DNA of 64,000 nucleotides. Origin: Felixounavirus LF110P2. The notes under the pieces were generated by a model. That model saw nothing but the letters and a program-made list of their open reading frames with translations, was not told the DNA's origin and did no database searches. The stretch is taken from sequence record OZ035782.1; one strand, given 5' to 3'. Positions 56,700 to 62,676 of the stretch are shown here, piece after piece; the first letter of the stretch is position 1, and every line of letters begins with the position of its first letter. Made by a program: the position numbers and the translations under genes.

Positions 56700-58115
56700 A
56701 TGAGCGAATTATTTAAACATGCGCACCTTCATGCAGGTCGAACTGAAAATGGTGCTGTAAACCATACTTCATCAATGTCTGCTCTTGTAGACTTTTACAA
56801 AGCTGCTGGTTCGAGCCGTAGCAATGTAGAAATCTTACCAGACCTGTTCTACAAAGCTTTGCGTGAGGATGTTGATGTTGCAGTTCGTATTTTGCTTCAC
56901 ATGCGAGATGTACGAGAAGGTATGGGTGAGCGTAAAGCCTTCAGAACTGTTTTGCTTCAAGCAATTGAAGATAAAGTTTTAGAGCCTACACAGGTTCTTC
57001 GCATTATGGATAAGATTGCAGAACTTGGTCGTTTTGATGACTTCAAAGTCTTCGTAGGTACTCGTTTCGAGACAGATGCCTTCAAACATTTAGAAGCAGC
57101 ATTACTAGACCCTGCAACAGCAGGTTTGGCAGCTAAGTGGTTACCACGAGTCAAACCACGTCATAAGCAGTTTGTAAAACGTTTCTGCAAGTTTGCCAAC
57201 TTGAGTGAGAAAGAGTACCGCACACTGTTGTCTGCACTATCTGATACAGTTGAGCAAAAAATCTCTGCTAATGAGTTTGGTAAGATTGACTACAGTAAGA
57301 TTCCTTCACTTGCTGCTGCACGTTACCAAAAACTGTTTAACCGTAAAGATGGAGAACGCTACAAAGCTTACATCGAGTCCTTATCAAAGGGTGAGACTAA
57401 GATTAATGCTGGTGCTGTTTACCCATACGATGTAATTAAATCTGTTAAGCATGGTAATGCAGATGTTGCTAATGAGCAGTGGAAAGCACTACCAAACTGG
57501 ATGGCAGAGGGTGAAAACATCTTGTGTATGTCTGATGTTTCAAGCTCAATGTCTTGGGTGAATTTTGGTTCAATTACTGCTCTTGATATTGGTGTTTCAC
57601 TTGCATTGTATGTAGCAGAACGTAATACAGGTTGCTTTAAGAATGAGTTGATGGTTTATTCAACAAACCCTCACTTCATCGAACTGAGTGGTGATTTACG
57701 AAACCGTCATCGTCAGGTGATGCGACACGTTGAATATGGCTCAACTAACTTACAAGCTGCTTTTGACCGTATTCTTGAGACAGGTAAAAGAAACAACTTG
57801 ACTCAGAAAGATATGCCAAGTAAGCTTATCATCTTCTCCGATATGGAGTTCAATCAGGTTGATGGAGCTAACGGTCGTACAAACTTTGAAGCAATTCAGA
57901 GTAAGTACAAAAAAGCTGGATACGAAATGCCACAACTGGTATTCTGGTACTTAGCAAACCGTAATGGCACTTGCGAAGTGTCTGTTAAGGATAACGGTGT
58001 AGCAATGGTATCAGGGTTCTCTCCAGCCACTTTAAAAGCTCTGCTTGGTGGTGAGAAGTTTGACCCAATCAGTGTAATGCTCAAAGCAGTAATGATTGAC
58101 CGTTATATCTGGTAA
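56700..58115 (+). CDS. vWA-domain protein (MIDAS motif); possible Ro60/TROVE-like protein
   Basis: C-terminal vWA signature: DVSSSMSW (DxSxS), GSTNLQAAFDRIL, IIFSDMEF; N-terminal 270 aa unassigned; Ro60-like call is inference from domain order and the adjacent tRNA-like RNAs. Confidence 0.5.
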   Translation: MSELFKHAHLHAGRTENGAVNHTSSMSALVDFYKAAGSSRSNVEILPDLFYKALREDVDVAVRILLHMRDVREGMGERKAFRTVLLQAIEDKVLEPTQVLRIMDKIAELGRFDDFKVFVGTRFETDAFKHLEAALLDPATAGLAAKWLPRVKPRHKQFVKRFCKFANLSEKEYRTLLSALSDTVEQKISANEFGKIDYSKIPSLAAARYQKLFNRKDGERYKAYIESLSKGETKINAGAVYPYDVIKSVKHGNADVANEQWKALPNWMAEGENILCMSDVSSSMSWVNFGSITALDIGVSLALYVAERNTGCFKNELMVYSTNPHFIELSGDLRNRHRQVMRHVEYGSTNLQAAFDRILETGKRNNLTQKDMPSKLIIFSDMEFNQVDGANGRTNFEAIQSKYKKAGYEMPQLVFWYLANRNGTCEVSVKDNGVAMVSGFSPATLKALLGGEKFDPISVMLKAVMIDRYIW

Positions 58116-58130
58116 AAAGTTTTAAAAAGG

Positions 58131-58165
58131 GTATTGACAATGTGTTTAATACCCTTTAATATGTT
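58131..58165 (+). promoter_or_regulatory. candidate sigma70 promoter upstream of the tRNA array
   Basis: TTGACA (58134-58139), 17-nt spacer, TAATAT; -35 sits inside a GGGTATT..AATACCC hairpin. Confidence 0.45.
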
Positions 58166-58280
58166 CTACATAGAAGCGAAATGAGAGCTTTTCTAAGATA
58201 CTGAAAAATATTTTAAAAAAGTTCTTGACAACCACTAAAAAATAATGTTAAAGTGGTTACATAGAGTTTGAAAAGTTTAT

Positions 58281-58357
58281 CTCTGTTTAGCTCAGCTTGG
58301 TAGAGCGTTCCGTTTGGGGCGGTAAGGCCGGAGGTTCAAGTCCTCCAACAGAGACCA
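58281..58357 (+). tRNA. tRNA-Pro (anticodon UGG)
   Basis: Cloverleaf by eye: acceptor CTCTGTT/AACAGAG, D-arm GCTC..GAGC, loop TTTGGGG, T-arm GGAGGTTCAAGTCCTCC, CCA encoded; one mismatch in anticodon stem. Confidence 0.6.
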
Positions 58358-58364
58358 AATTAAT

Positions 58365-58442
58365 GTTCCAGTAGACAAAATGGTATAGTCATCACTCTTT
58401 CAAAGTGGATATTTGAGGGTTCAAATCCCTTCTGGAACGCCA
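58365..58442 (+). tRNA. tRNA-Glu (anticodon UUC)
   Basis: Acceptor GTTCCAG/CTGGAAC, loop CTTTCAA, T-loop GGTTCAAATCC, CCA encoded. Confidence 0.6.
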
Positions 58443-58448
58443 GTTTTG

Positions 58449-58522
58449 ACAGAAGACCAATTACAGCAAACTTAATCTTATTCATCTGAAGGTAAATCGG
58501 ACAAAGAAGAGATTTGGTCTGG
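58449..58522 (+). ncRNA. conserved stem-closed element, copy A (candidate small RNA)
   Basis: ACAGAAGACCAATTACAGCAAA...TTGGTCTGG; 7-bp closing stem AGACCAA/TTGGTCT. Confidence 0.4.
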
Positions 58523-58533
58523 TCATTAAGAAT

Positions 58534-58610
58534 TGCGGGTATAGAGAAAGGGCGTCTCACATGTCTCATTAGCATGGTATCGGCAGGTTCGACTCCTGCA
58601 CCCGCCTCCA
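58534..58610 (+). tRNA. tRNA with CAU anticodon (Met/fMet/Ile2 unresolved)
   Basis: T-arm GCAGGTTCGACTCCTGC, 3' acceptor ACCCGCC + T + CCA; position 1:72 unpaired (U:C); loop CTCATTA. Confidence 0.5.
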
Positions 58611-58615
58611 AATTT

Positions 58616-58680
58616 ACAGAAGACCGTTTACAGCAATATTTATTAAATTTTTAGCGGAAAAATTGAAAGATACGGTCTGG
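58616..58680 (+). ncRNA. conserved stem-closed element, copy B
   Basis: ACAGAAGACCGTTTACAGCAA...ACGGTCTGG; closing stem AGACCGT/ACGGTCT (compensatory change relative to copy A). Confidence 0.4.
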
Positions 58681-58693
58681 TAATACTAAACAT

Positions 58694-58770
58694 GGTTAGG
58701 AAGCACATAAGGTATGTGCGGTCGCCTGTTAAGCGAATGGCACAGGGTTCGAATCCCTGACTAACCGCCA
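58694..58770 (+). tRNA. tRNA-Asn (anticodon GUU)
   Basis: D-arm GCAC..GTGC, loop CTGTTAA, T-arm CAGGGTTCGAATCCCTG, CCA encoded. Confidence 0.6.
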
Positions 58771-58839
58771 AATTTAGGAGAGAAGCGATTGCTCACCGAT
58801 TTGTAAGGTGCAAGTCCTTAGCCTGAATAGAAATTAAAT

Positions 58840-58927
58840 GTGTCGTTATCCCGTAGATGGTAGCGGTGGGGACTGTAAATCCCTTGTCATTGAGACTCGG
58901 TAGGTTCGACTCCTACACGGCACACCA
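58840..58927 (+). tRNA. tRNA-Tyr (anticodon GUA), long variable arm
   Basis: Anticodon stem-loop GGGGA-CTGTAAA-TCCCT, long variable arm, T-arm GTAGGTTCGACTCCTAC, CCA encoded; 88 nt. Confidence 0.6.
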
Positions 58928-58932
58928 ATAAA

Positions 58933-59010
58933 GGTTATGTAGTTTAATTTGGTTAAAATACTCCCCTGTCACGGGAGATGATGAGGGTTCAAATCCCTTC
59001 GTAACCGCCA
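58933..59010 (+). tRNA. tRNA-Asp (anticodon GUC)
   Basis: Acceptor GGTTATG/CGTAACC, anticodon stem-loop CTCCC-CTGTCAC-GGGAG, T-loop GGTTCAAATCC, CCA. Confidence 0.65.
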
Positions 59011-59071
59011 ATTTTGAGAGGGCTATTTAGCCCCTCCCTTAAAGGGTTCTTACGAGTATCCTTTAAAGGAG

Positions 59072-59148
59072 CAGAAGACCAAATACAGCAAGAATGTATG
59101 ATATTTTCAAGCCAATTCAATTTTGAAAAAATTTAAAACTTGGTCTGG
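59072..59148 (+). ncRNA. conserved stem-closed element, copy C
   Basis: GCAGAAGACCAAATACAGCAAG...TTGGTCTGG; closing stem AGACCAA/TTGGTCT. Confidence 0.4.
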
Positions 59149-59161
59149 CTCAAAAAATTTA

Positions 59162-59293
59162 CAGAAGACCGTTTACAGCAAAACTTAAACAATCTATTTC
59201 TCCGGTAAAGAAAAGGCGAAGGTTCGATTCCTTCACTCGGCAGATGTCGAGTTGGTGTAATGGTAGCACTTAAGATGATAAACAACGGTCTGG
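59162..59293 (+). ncRNA. conserved stem-closed element, copy D, enclosing a circularly permuted tRNA-like domain (YrlA/Y-RNA-like candidate)
   Basis: Closing stem AGACCGT (59166-59172)/ACGGTCT (59285-59291); inside, in order: T-arm GAAGG-TTCGATT-CCTTC (59218-59234), ACTCGGC (59235-59241), loop AGAT, GTCGAGT (59246-59252, pairs with ACTCGGC), D-arm GTGT-AATGGTA-GCAC (59255-59269). Confidence 0.45.
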
Positions 59294-59298
59294 TAATT

Positions 59299-59434
59299 AT
59301 CTTTGTAGATAAGTTATTAAGCTTACCTGTGAGTATGCGACCACAAAGGGTGAAAGGGTAAATTCTAGATTTAAACCCAAAAAGGCACATCGCTACAGAC
59401 CTTAAGCAAGTCTGGGTAGCTTATCTACAAAGAT
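59299..59434 (+). ncRNA. structured element closed by a perfect 15-bp inverted repeat (candidate small RNA)
   Basis: ATCTTTGTAGATAAG (59299-59313) pairs with CTTATCTACAAAGAT (59420-59434); encloses 106 nt with internal hairpins. Confidence 0.35.
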
Positions 59435-59442
59435 AATTTAAT

Positions 59443-59518
59443 GGAAGTGTAGCAGAATGGTGATGCGGCAGACTTTTAATCTGACAGGCGATGGGTTCGA
59501 ATCCCTCCACTTCTACCA
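59443..59518 (+). tRNA. tRNA-Lys (anticodon UUU)
   Basis: Acceptor GGAAGTG/CACTTCT, loop CTTTTAA, T-loop GGTTCGAATCC, CCA encoded. Confidence 0.6.
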
Positions 59519-59523
59519 AAAAT

Positions 59524-59600
59524 GGTTCAGTCGCAGATAAGGTAATGCAAGGGTCTCATAAACCCTATGAATGTGGGTTCGATTCCCATCTGAACCTCCA
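59524..59600 (+). tRNA. tRNA with CAU anticodon (Met/fMet/Ile2 unresolved)
   Basis: Acceptor GGTTCAG/CTGAACC, anticodon stem-loop AGGGT-CTCATAA-ACCCT, T-loop GGTTCGATTCC, CCA. Confidence 0.65.
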
Positions 59601-59601
59601 A

Positions 59602-59677
59602 GCTGGTATAGTTAAGAAGGTTATAACACTCCCCTGATAAGGGAACATCGGTGGTTCGATTCCACCTACCAGTACCA
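59602..59677 (+). tRNA. tRNA-Ile (anticodon GAU)
   Basis: D-arm GTTA..TAAC, loop CTGATAA, T-arm GGTGGTTCGATTCCACC, CCA. Confidence 0.65.
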
Positions 59678-59692
59678 ATCTCAATAAAGTTG

Positions 59693-59721
59693 TTGACACT
59701 GAGATGTGACTACTTTATAGT
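59693..59721 (+). promoter_or_regulatory. candidate internal sigma70 promoter within the tRNA array
   Basis: TTGACA (59693-59698), 17-nt spacer, TATAGT (59716-59721). Confidence 0.5.
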
Positions 59722-60014
59722 AACTAAAATACTTCATAATATGTATAATTCAAACACCAATACATGAGCGTTAGACGTAACACAATGTGGGGAAATTTGT
59801 TGTACATATTCTGAATAGTTTTCGTTGCGTAGCGTCTATTTTGCAAATTTAAAATAAATGCAAACGACAATGTTTTTCTGGCAGTAGCTTGATAGGCTAA
59901 ACACCAGTGAGGTCTTCCAATCCCTCATCAAAGAATTTGGCGTACTCGCCCACGGTATGATTAATAAGGTGGGCATCTTTAAGGGCTTTCTAAGAGAGTC
60001 TTTAAAGATTAATG

Positions 60015-60091
60015 CACCCTTAGTTCAATTGGATAGAGCAACGGTCTTCTAAATCGTTAGTTACAGGTTCGAATCCTGTAGGGTGTGCCAA
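60015..60091 (+). tRNA. tRNA-Arg (anticodon UCU)
   Basis: D-arm GTTC-AATTGGATA-GAGC, anticodon stem-loop ACGGT-CTTCTAA-ATCGT, T-arm ACAGGTTCGAATCCTGT, CCA. Confidence 0.65.
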
Positions 60092-60232
60092 TTAGTTAGC
60101 AGATTACTTAGACGACCTAAGCGGGTCTTCCTGTAGGGAGGTTGTCTGTATCTCATGTTTTCCAGAACATGTAAATAATCTGAGAAGGGGCTTTACAGTG
60201 TTGAGATAATACGGTAAGCTTCGAATTGTAGT

Positions 60233-60315
60233 GTGGGACGATGTTAAGACTCTAAGGCATGAGCAACGGCCTCCAAAACCGTTTCAAAGGGGTTCAACTC
60301 CTCCGTCCCATGCCA
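60233..60315 (+). tRNA. tRNA-like gene, Trp-type anticodon CCA, non-canonical (7 extra nt between acceptor and D-arm)
   Basis: 3' part canonical (loop CTCCAAA, 5-nt variable, T-loop TTCAACT, acceptor GTCCCAT+G+CCA), but the pairing 5' strand GTGGGAC lies 7 nt further upstream than a standard cloverleaf allows. Confidence 0.4.
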
Positions 60316-60328
60316 AAGTCTTATTAGG

Positions 60329-60416
60329 GGTAGGTAGCGGCTAATGGCAGCCAAACAGTCTTGAAAACTGTTGCCACTGTAGAGATACGGTGAGGGTTCG
60401 ACTCCTTTACTTACCG
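60329..60416 (+). tRNA. tRNA-Ser (anticodon UGA), long variable arm, CCA not encoded
   Basis: Anticodon stem-loop AACAGT-CTTGAAA-ACTGTT (like E. coli tRNA-Ser UGA), long variable arm, T-loop TTCGACT, acceptor GGTAGGT/ACTTACC + G, then CCT. Confidence 0.55.
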
Positions 60417-60673
60417 CCTAATAAGATTTAAAGCCAAGCTTCATTCGGATGTTGCTTTGGTATACCGCGTGTATTGTTGTACGCACTGATAAAGCACCTA
60501 GTAGGTGTCACGGAGAAGAGATAATATCAAGCTCTCCAAAGGTTCTAGTCACCGGATTAAACAAGACTATGCAAAGACCTTTTTAGGTCTTTTTAGAGGG
60601 CTTCTAAGGTTATTACAGCTTGTTGTGGAACCTTGTTGCTTAGGTTCTTAGAAGTTCTCTAAAAAGATTTAAT

Positions 60674-60751
60674 GGGAGATTGATGGTAATTGGTAAACCT
60701 ATCTCGCTTAGAACGAGATGTTTGAGGGTTCGAATCCCTTGTCTCCTACCA
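60674..60751 (+). tRNA. tRNA with Leu-type anticodon UAG, short variable arm
   Basis: Anticodon stem-loop ATCTCG-CTTAGAA-CGAGAT, T-arm GAGGGTTCGAATCCCTT, acceptor GGGAGAT/GTCTCCT, A73, CCA; variable region only 4 nt. Confidence 0.5.
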
Positions 60752-60758
60752 AATTAAT

Positions 60759-60834
60759 GCAGGTGTAGCAAAATGGTTATGCGGCTGACTCTTAATCAGT
60801 AAGACGATGGGTTCAATTCCCTCCACCTGTACCA
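60759..60834 (+). tRNA. tRNA-Lys (anticodon CUU)
   Basis: Paralog of tRNA-Lys(UUU) at 59443; loop CTCTTAA; T-loop GGTTCAATTCC; CCA. Confidence 0.6.
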
Positions 60835-60840
60835 AAAAAT

Positions 60841-60916
60841 GGGGTCATAGTTTATATGGTTAAAATTCGAGTTTTGCAAACTTGGGAACTGAGTTCAATT
60901 CTCAGTGACTCCACCA
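60841..60916 (+). tRNA. tRNA-Ala (anticodon UGC)
   Basis: Acceptor GGGGTCA/TGACTCC with G3:U70 wobble (Ala identity element); loop TTTGCAA; T-arm CTGAGTTCAATTCTCAG; CCA. Confidence 0.7.
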
Positions 60917-60922
60917 ATTAGT

Positions 60923-60997
60923 GCATCCATAGTTTAAACGGGAAAATTACAGTCTTCCAAACTGAGGTTGAGGGTTCGATTCCCTCTGGATGCTCCA
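60923..60997 (+). tRNA. tRNA-Gly (anticodon UCC)
   Basis: Acceptor GCATCCA/TGGATGC perfect; loop CTTCCAA; T-arm GAGGGTTCGATTCCCTC; CCA. Confidence 0.65.
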
Positions 60998-61003
60998 AAT
61001 AAT

Positions 61004-61079
61004 GCTCCTATCGTATAATTGGCTATTACGGTTGCCTTGTAAGCAACTTATCAGGGTTCGAATCCTTGTGGGAGCACCA
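61004..61079 (+). tRNA. tRNA-Thr (anticodon UGU)
   Basis: Anticodon stem-loop GTTGC-CTTGTAA-GCAAC perfect; T-loop GGTTCGAATCC; CCA. Confidence 0.7.
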
Positions 61080-61175
61080 ATTCAGAGGTCAAGTGAAAGA
61101 CCGCTTTGAGTCAACTGAAGACCGTAACAAATTCCACGGAGTTGAGTTAGCGGCACAACTTCAGACCTCTTTCAC

Positions 61176-61250
61176 ACTCGCTTAGTTTATATGGTAAAAC
61201 ACCACCCTTACAAGATGAAGAAAAAGGTTCAAGTCCTTTAGTGAGTACCA
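61176..61250 (+). tRNA. tRNA-like gene, Val-type anticodon UAC, weak anticodon stem (possible pseudo-tRNA)
   Basis: Good acceptor (ACTCGCT/AGTGAGT), D-arm GTTT..AAAC, T-arm AAAGGTTCAAGTCCTTT and CCA, but anticodon stem around CTTACAA pairs at only 3 of 5 positions. Confidence 0.4.
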
Positions 61251-61251
61251 T

Positions 61252-61329
61252 GTTCCAGTATCCCAATTGGCAGAGGATGCAAGCTCAAACCTTGTATTAG
61301 TGACGGTTCGAATCCGTCTTGGAACACCA
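61252..61329 (+). tRNA. tRNA with Leu-type anticodon CAA, short variable arm
   Basis: Leu-like D-loop (CCCAATTGGCAGAGG), anticodon stem-loop GCAAG-CTCAAAC-CTTGT, T-arm GACGGTTCGAATCCGTC, A73, CCA; variable region about 6 nt. Confidence 0.5.
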
Positions 61330-61334
61330 ATTTT

Positions 61335-61410
61335 GCAGGATTAGTTCAAATGGATAGAGCAACAGTCTACGAAACTGTTAATAGGGGTTCGAATCCCTTA
61401 TCCTGCGCCA
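61335..61410 (+). tRNA. tRNA-Arg (anticodon ACG)
   Basis: Acceptor GCAGGAT/ATCCTGC perfect; anticodon stem-loop ACAGT-CTACGAA-ACTGT perfect; T-loop GGTTCGAATCC; CCA. Confidence 0.75.
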
Positions 61411-61428
61411 GATAAGCAAGAGGAATTT

Positions 61429-61671
61429 ATGCAAACATTAATCGTCGTTGAACATGAAAATCCCAATAGTATTGAGTTTGTAAGGGTTCCCACTATAGAT
61501 ACCCACATTTTCTTAAAAGTCGGATGGGAATGCGACCCAATAAAAGTAGAAAGATTTATTGGTCATTGCTTTGGTGGAAGACAACTTAAAAGTGTCAATT
61601 TTGAGACAATGTTACCAGAAAGCTCAGAAACAAGTAATAATGCTTACCTCCTTACGAGGGTTAGACAATGA
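61429..61671 (+). CDS. hypothetical protein embedded in the tRNA array
   Basis: 80-aa ORF with ATG start directly after tRNA-Arg(ACG). Confidence 0.4.
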   Translation: MQTLIVVEHENPNSIEFVRVPTIDTHIFLKVGWECDPIKVERFIGHCFGGRQLKSVNFETMLPESSETSNNAYLLTRVRQ

Positions 61672-62225
61672 GATACTTAAAATATGCTTCATGGATTTTC
61701 TTAGCTTTGCTAGAACCACTTGCAGCAATACTAGCAGTTATCTTAGCACCTTTCGTAGTTCCATTCTACAGTGAGAAGAAAGGACATCTACCTTTCGGAT
61801 TTAGATGGATGGAAACTTATGACAACCCAATTGATGGTGATGAAGGTCACGTTAAAAGATGGGCTAATATTAGATGGATTGGTAAGCTTGGTGTCTATAT
61901 GCAGAGAGTCGGTTGGCTCTGGAGAAACAAAGCTTATAACTTCTCTTACCATGTGTTAGGAAGAGATGTAAAAGATGTTACTAAGTGGAAAGGTAATATC
62001 AACGTAAGTTCTAACCCTGAAGATAATCAGACAGGTTATCTCCTAATGTGGAACAGTAATTCTTGGGGATTATTCGCTTTTATCCCATCAATTAAAGTCT
62101 TTGGTAAACAGTTTTACTGGAGAATTTATGTTGGATGGAAACTTAAAAGTGTTGTCCCAGAAGAAAGAGCATTCTCAAGGGAAAGAGTTATGTTGGCATT
62201 CTTTATTCATCCACTGAGAAAGTAA
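61668..62225 (+). CDS. hypothetical protein (Trp-rich) embedded in the tRNA array
   Basis: 185-aa ORF with hydrophobic N-terminus; ATG 61668 overlaps the previous stop. Confidence 0.45.
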   Translation: MRYLKYASWIFLALLEPLAAILAVILAPFVVPFYSEKKGHLPFGFRWMETYDNPIDGDEGHVKRWANIRWIGKLGVYMQRVGWLWRNKAYNFSYHVLGRDVKDVTKWKGNINVSSNPEDNQTGYLLMWNSNSWGLFAFIPSIKVFGKQFYWRIYVGWKLKSVVPEERAFSRERVMLAFFIHPLRK

Positions 62226-62233
62226 AGATTTAA

Positions 62234-62309
62234 AGGGGATTAGTTTACAAGGTTAAAACCTCGGTCTTTGAAATCGAAGAAGTTGGTTCAATTCCAACAT
62301 CCCCCGCCA
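62234..62309 (+). tRNA. tRNA-Gln (anticodon UUG)
   Basis: D-arm GTTT..AAAC; anticodon stem-loop TCGGT-CTTTGAA-ATCGA; T-arm GTTGGTTCAATTCCAAC; CCA; coordinates anchored to flanking ORF stop/start. Confidence 0.6.
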
Positions 62310-62311
62310 AT

Positions 62312-62390
62312 GCTCCATTACTCCAATTGGCAGAGAGGCCAGACTTAAAATCTGTGTTATGTATCGGTTCGAATCCGATATGGAGTACCA
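62312..62390 (+). tRNA. tRNA with Leu-type anticodon UAA, short variable arm
   Basis: Leu-like D-loop (CCAATTGGCAGAGAGG); loop CTTAAAA; T-arm ATCGGTTCGAATCCGAT; A73; CCA; variable region about 7 nt. Confidence 0.5.
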
Positions 62391-62395
62391 AATTT

Positions 62396-62471
62396 AGCGG
62401 TATAGCATAACTGGCAATGCAGCAGTCTCTGAAGCTGTCTTATTAAGGTTCAAATCCTTATGCCGCTGCCA
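62396..62471 (+). tRNA. tRNA-Gln (anticodon CUG)
   Basis: Anticodon stem-loop GCAGT-CTCTGAA-GCTGT; T-arm TAAGGTTCAAATCCTTA; CCA. Confidence 0.6.
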
Positions 62472-62502
62472 CTTCTAAGGGTTCTTACGAGAGTCCTTAA
62501 AT

Positions 62503-62578
62503 GTGGCCTTATCATAAATGGTAATGACCCATGCTGTGAACATGGTCTATACGGGTTCAAATCCCGTAGGTCACCCCA
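62503..62578 (+). tRNA. tRNA-His (anticodon GUG)
   Basis: Anticodon stem-loop CCATG-CTGTGAA-CATGG perfect; T-arm ACGGGTTCAAATCCCGT; discriminator C73 + CCA; no encoded G-1 (preceding base is T). Confidence 0.65.
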
Positions 62579-62584
62579 ATTTAT

Positions 62585-62660
62585 AGTCCAAGTAGCTTAT
62601 ATGGTTAAAGCGCGTGTCTGAAAAACATGAGAAGAGGGTTCAAATCCCACTGGACTACCA
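62585..62660 (+). tRNA. tRNA-Phe (anticodon GAA)
   Basis: D-arm GCTT..AAGC; anticodon stem-loop CGTGT-CTGAAAA-ACATG; T-loop GGTTCAAATCC; CCA; one acceptor mismatch. Confidence 0.55.
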
Positions 62661-62676
62661 ATTTCAAAGGTGCTTA

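Noticed and set aside
58360-58611. 83-aa minus-strand ORF in the six-frame track
   Set aside because: Lies entirely across tRNA-Glu and a CAU tRNA and starts at a TTG codon; a translation artefact of tRNA sequence
58771-58839. Additional tRNA between tRNA-Asn and tRNA-Tyr
   Set aside because: Contains a T-loop-like GGTGCAAGTCC but no pairing acceptor strands or CCA; left as unexplained spacer
59133-59390. 85-aa minus-strand ORF
   Set aside because: Overlaps the conserved stem elements and the permuted tRNA-like domain on the opposite strand; no RBS; RNA structure explains the region better
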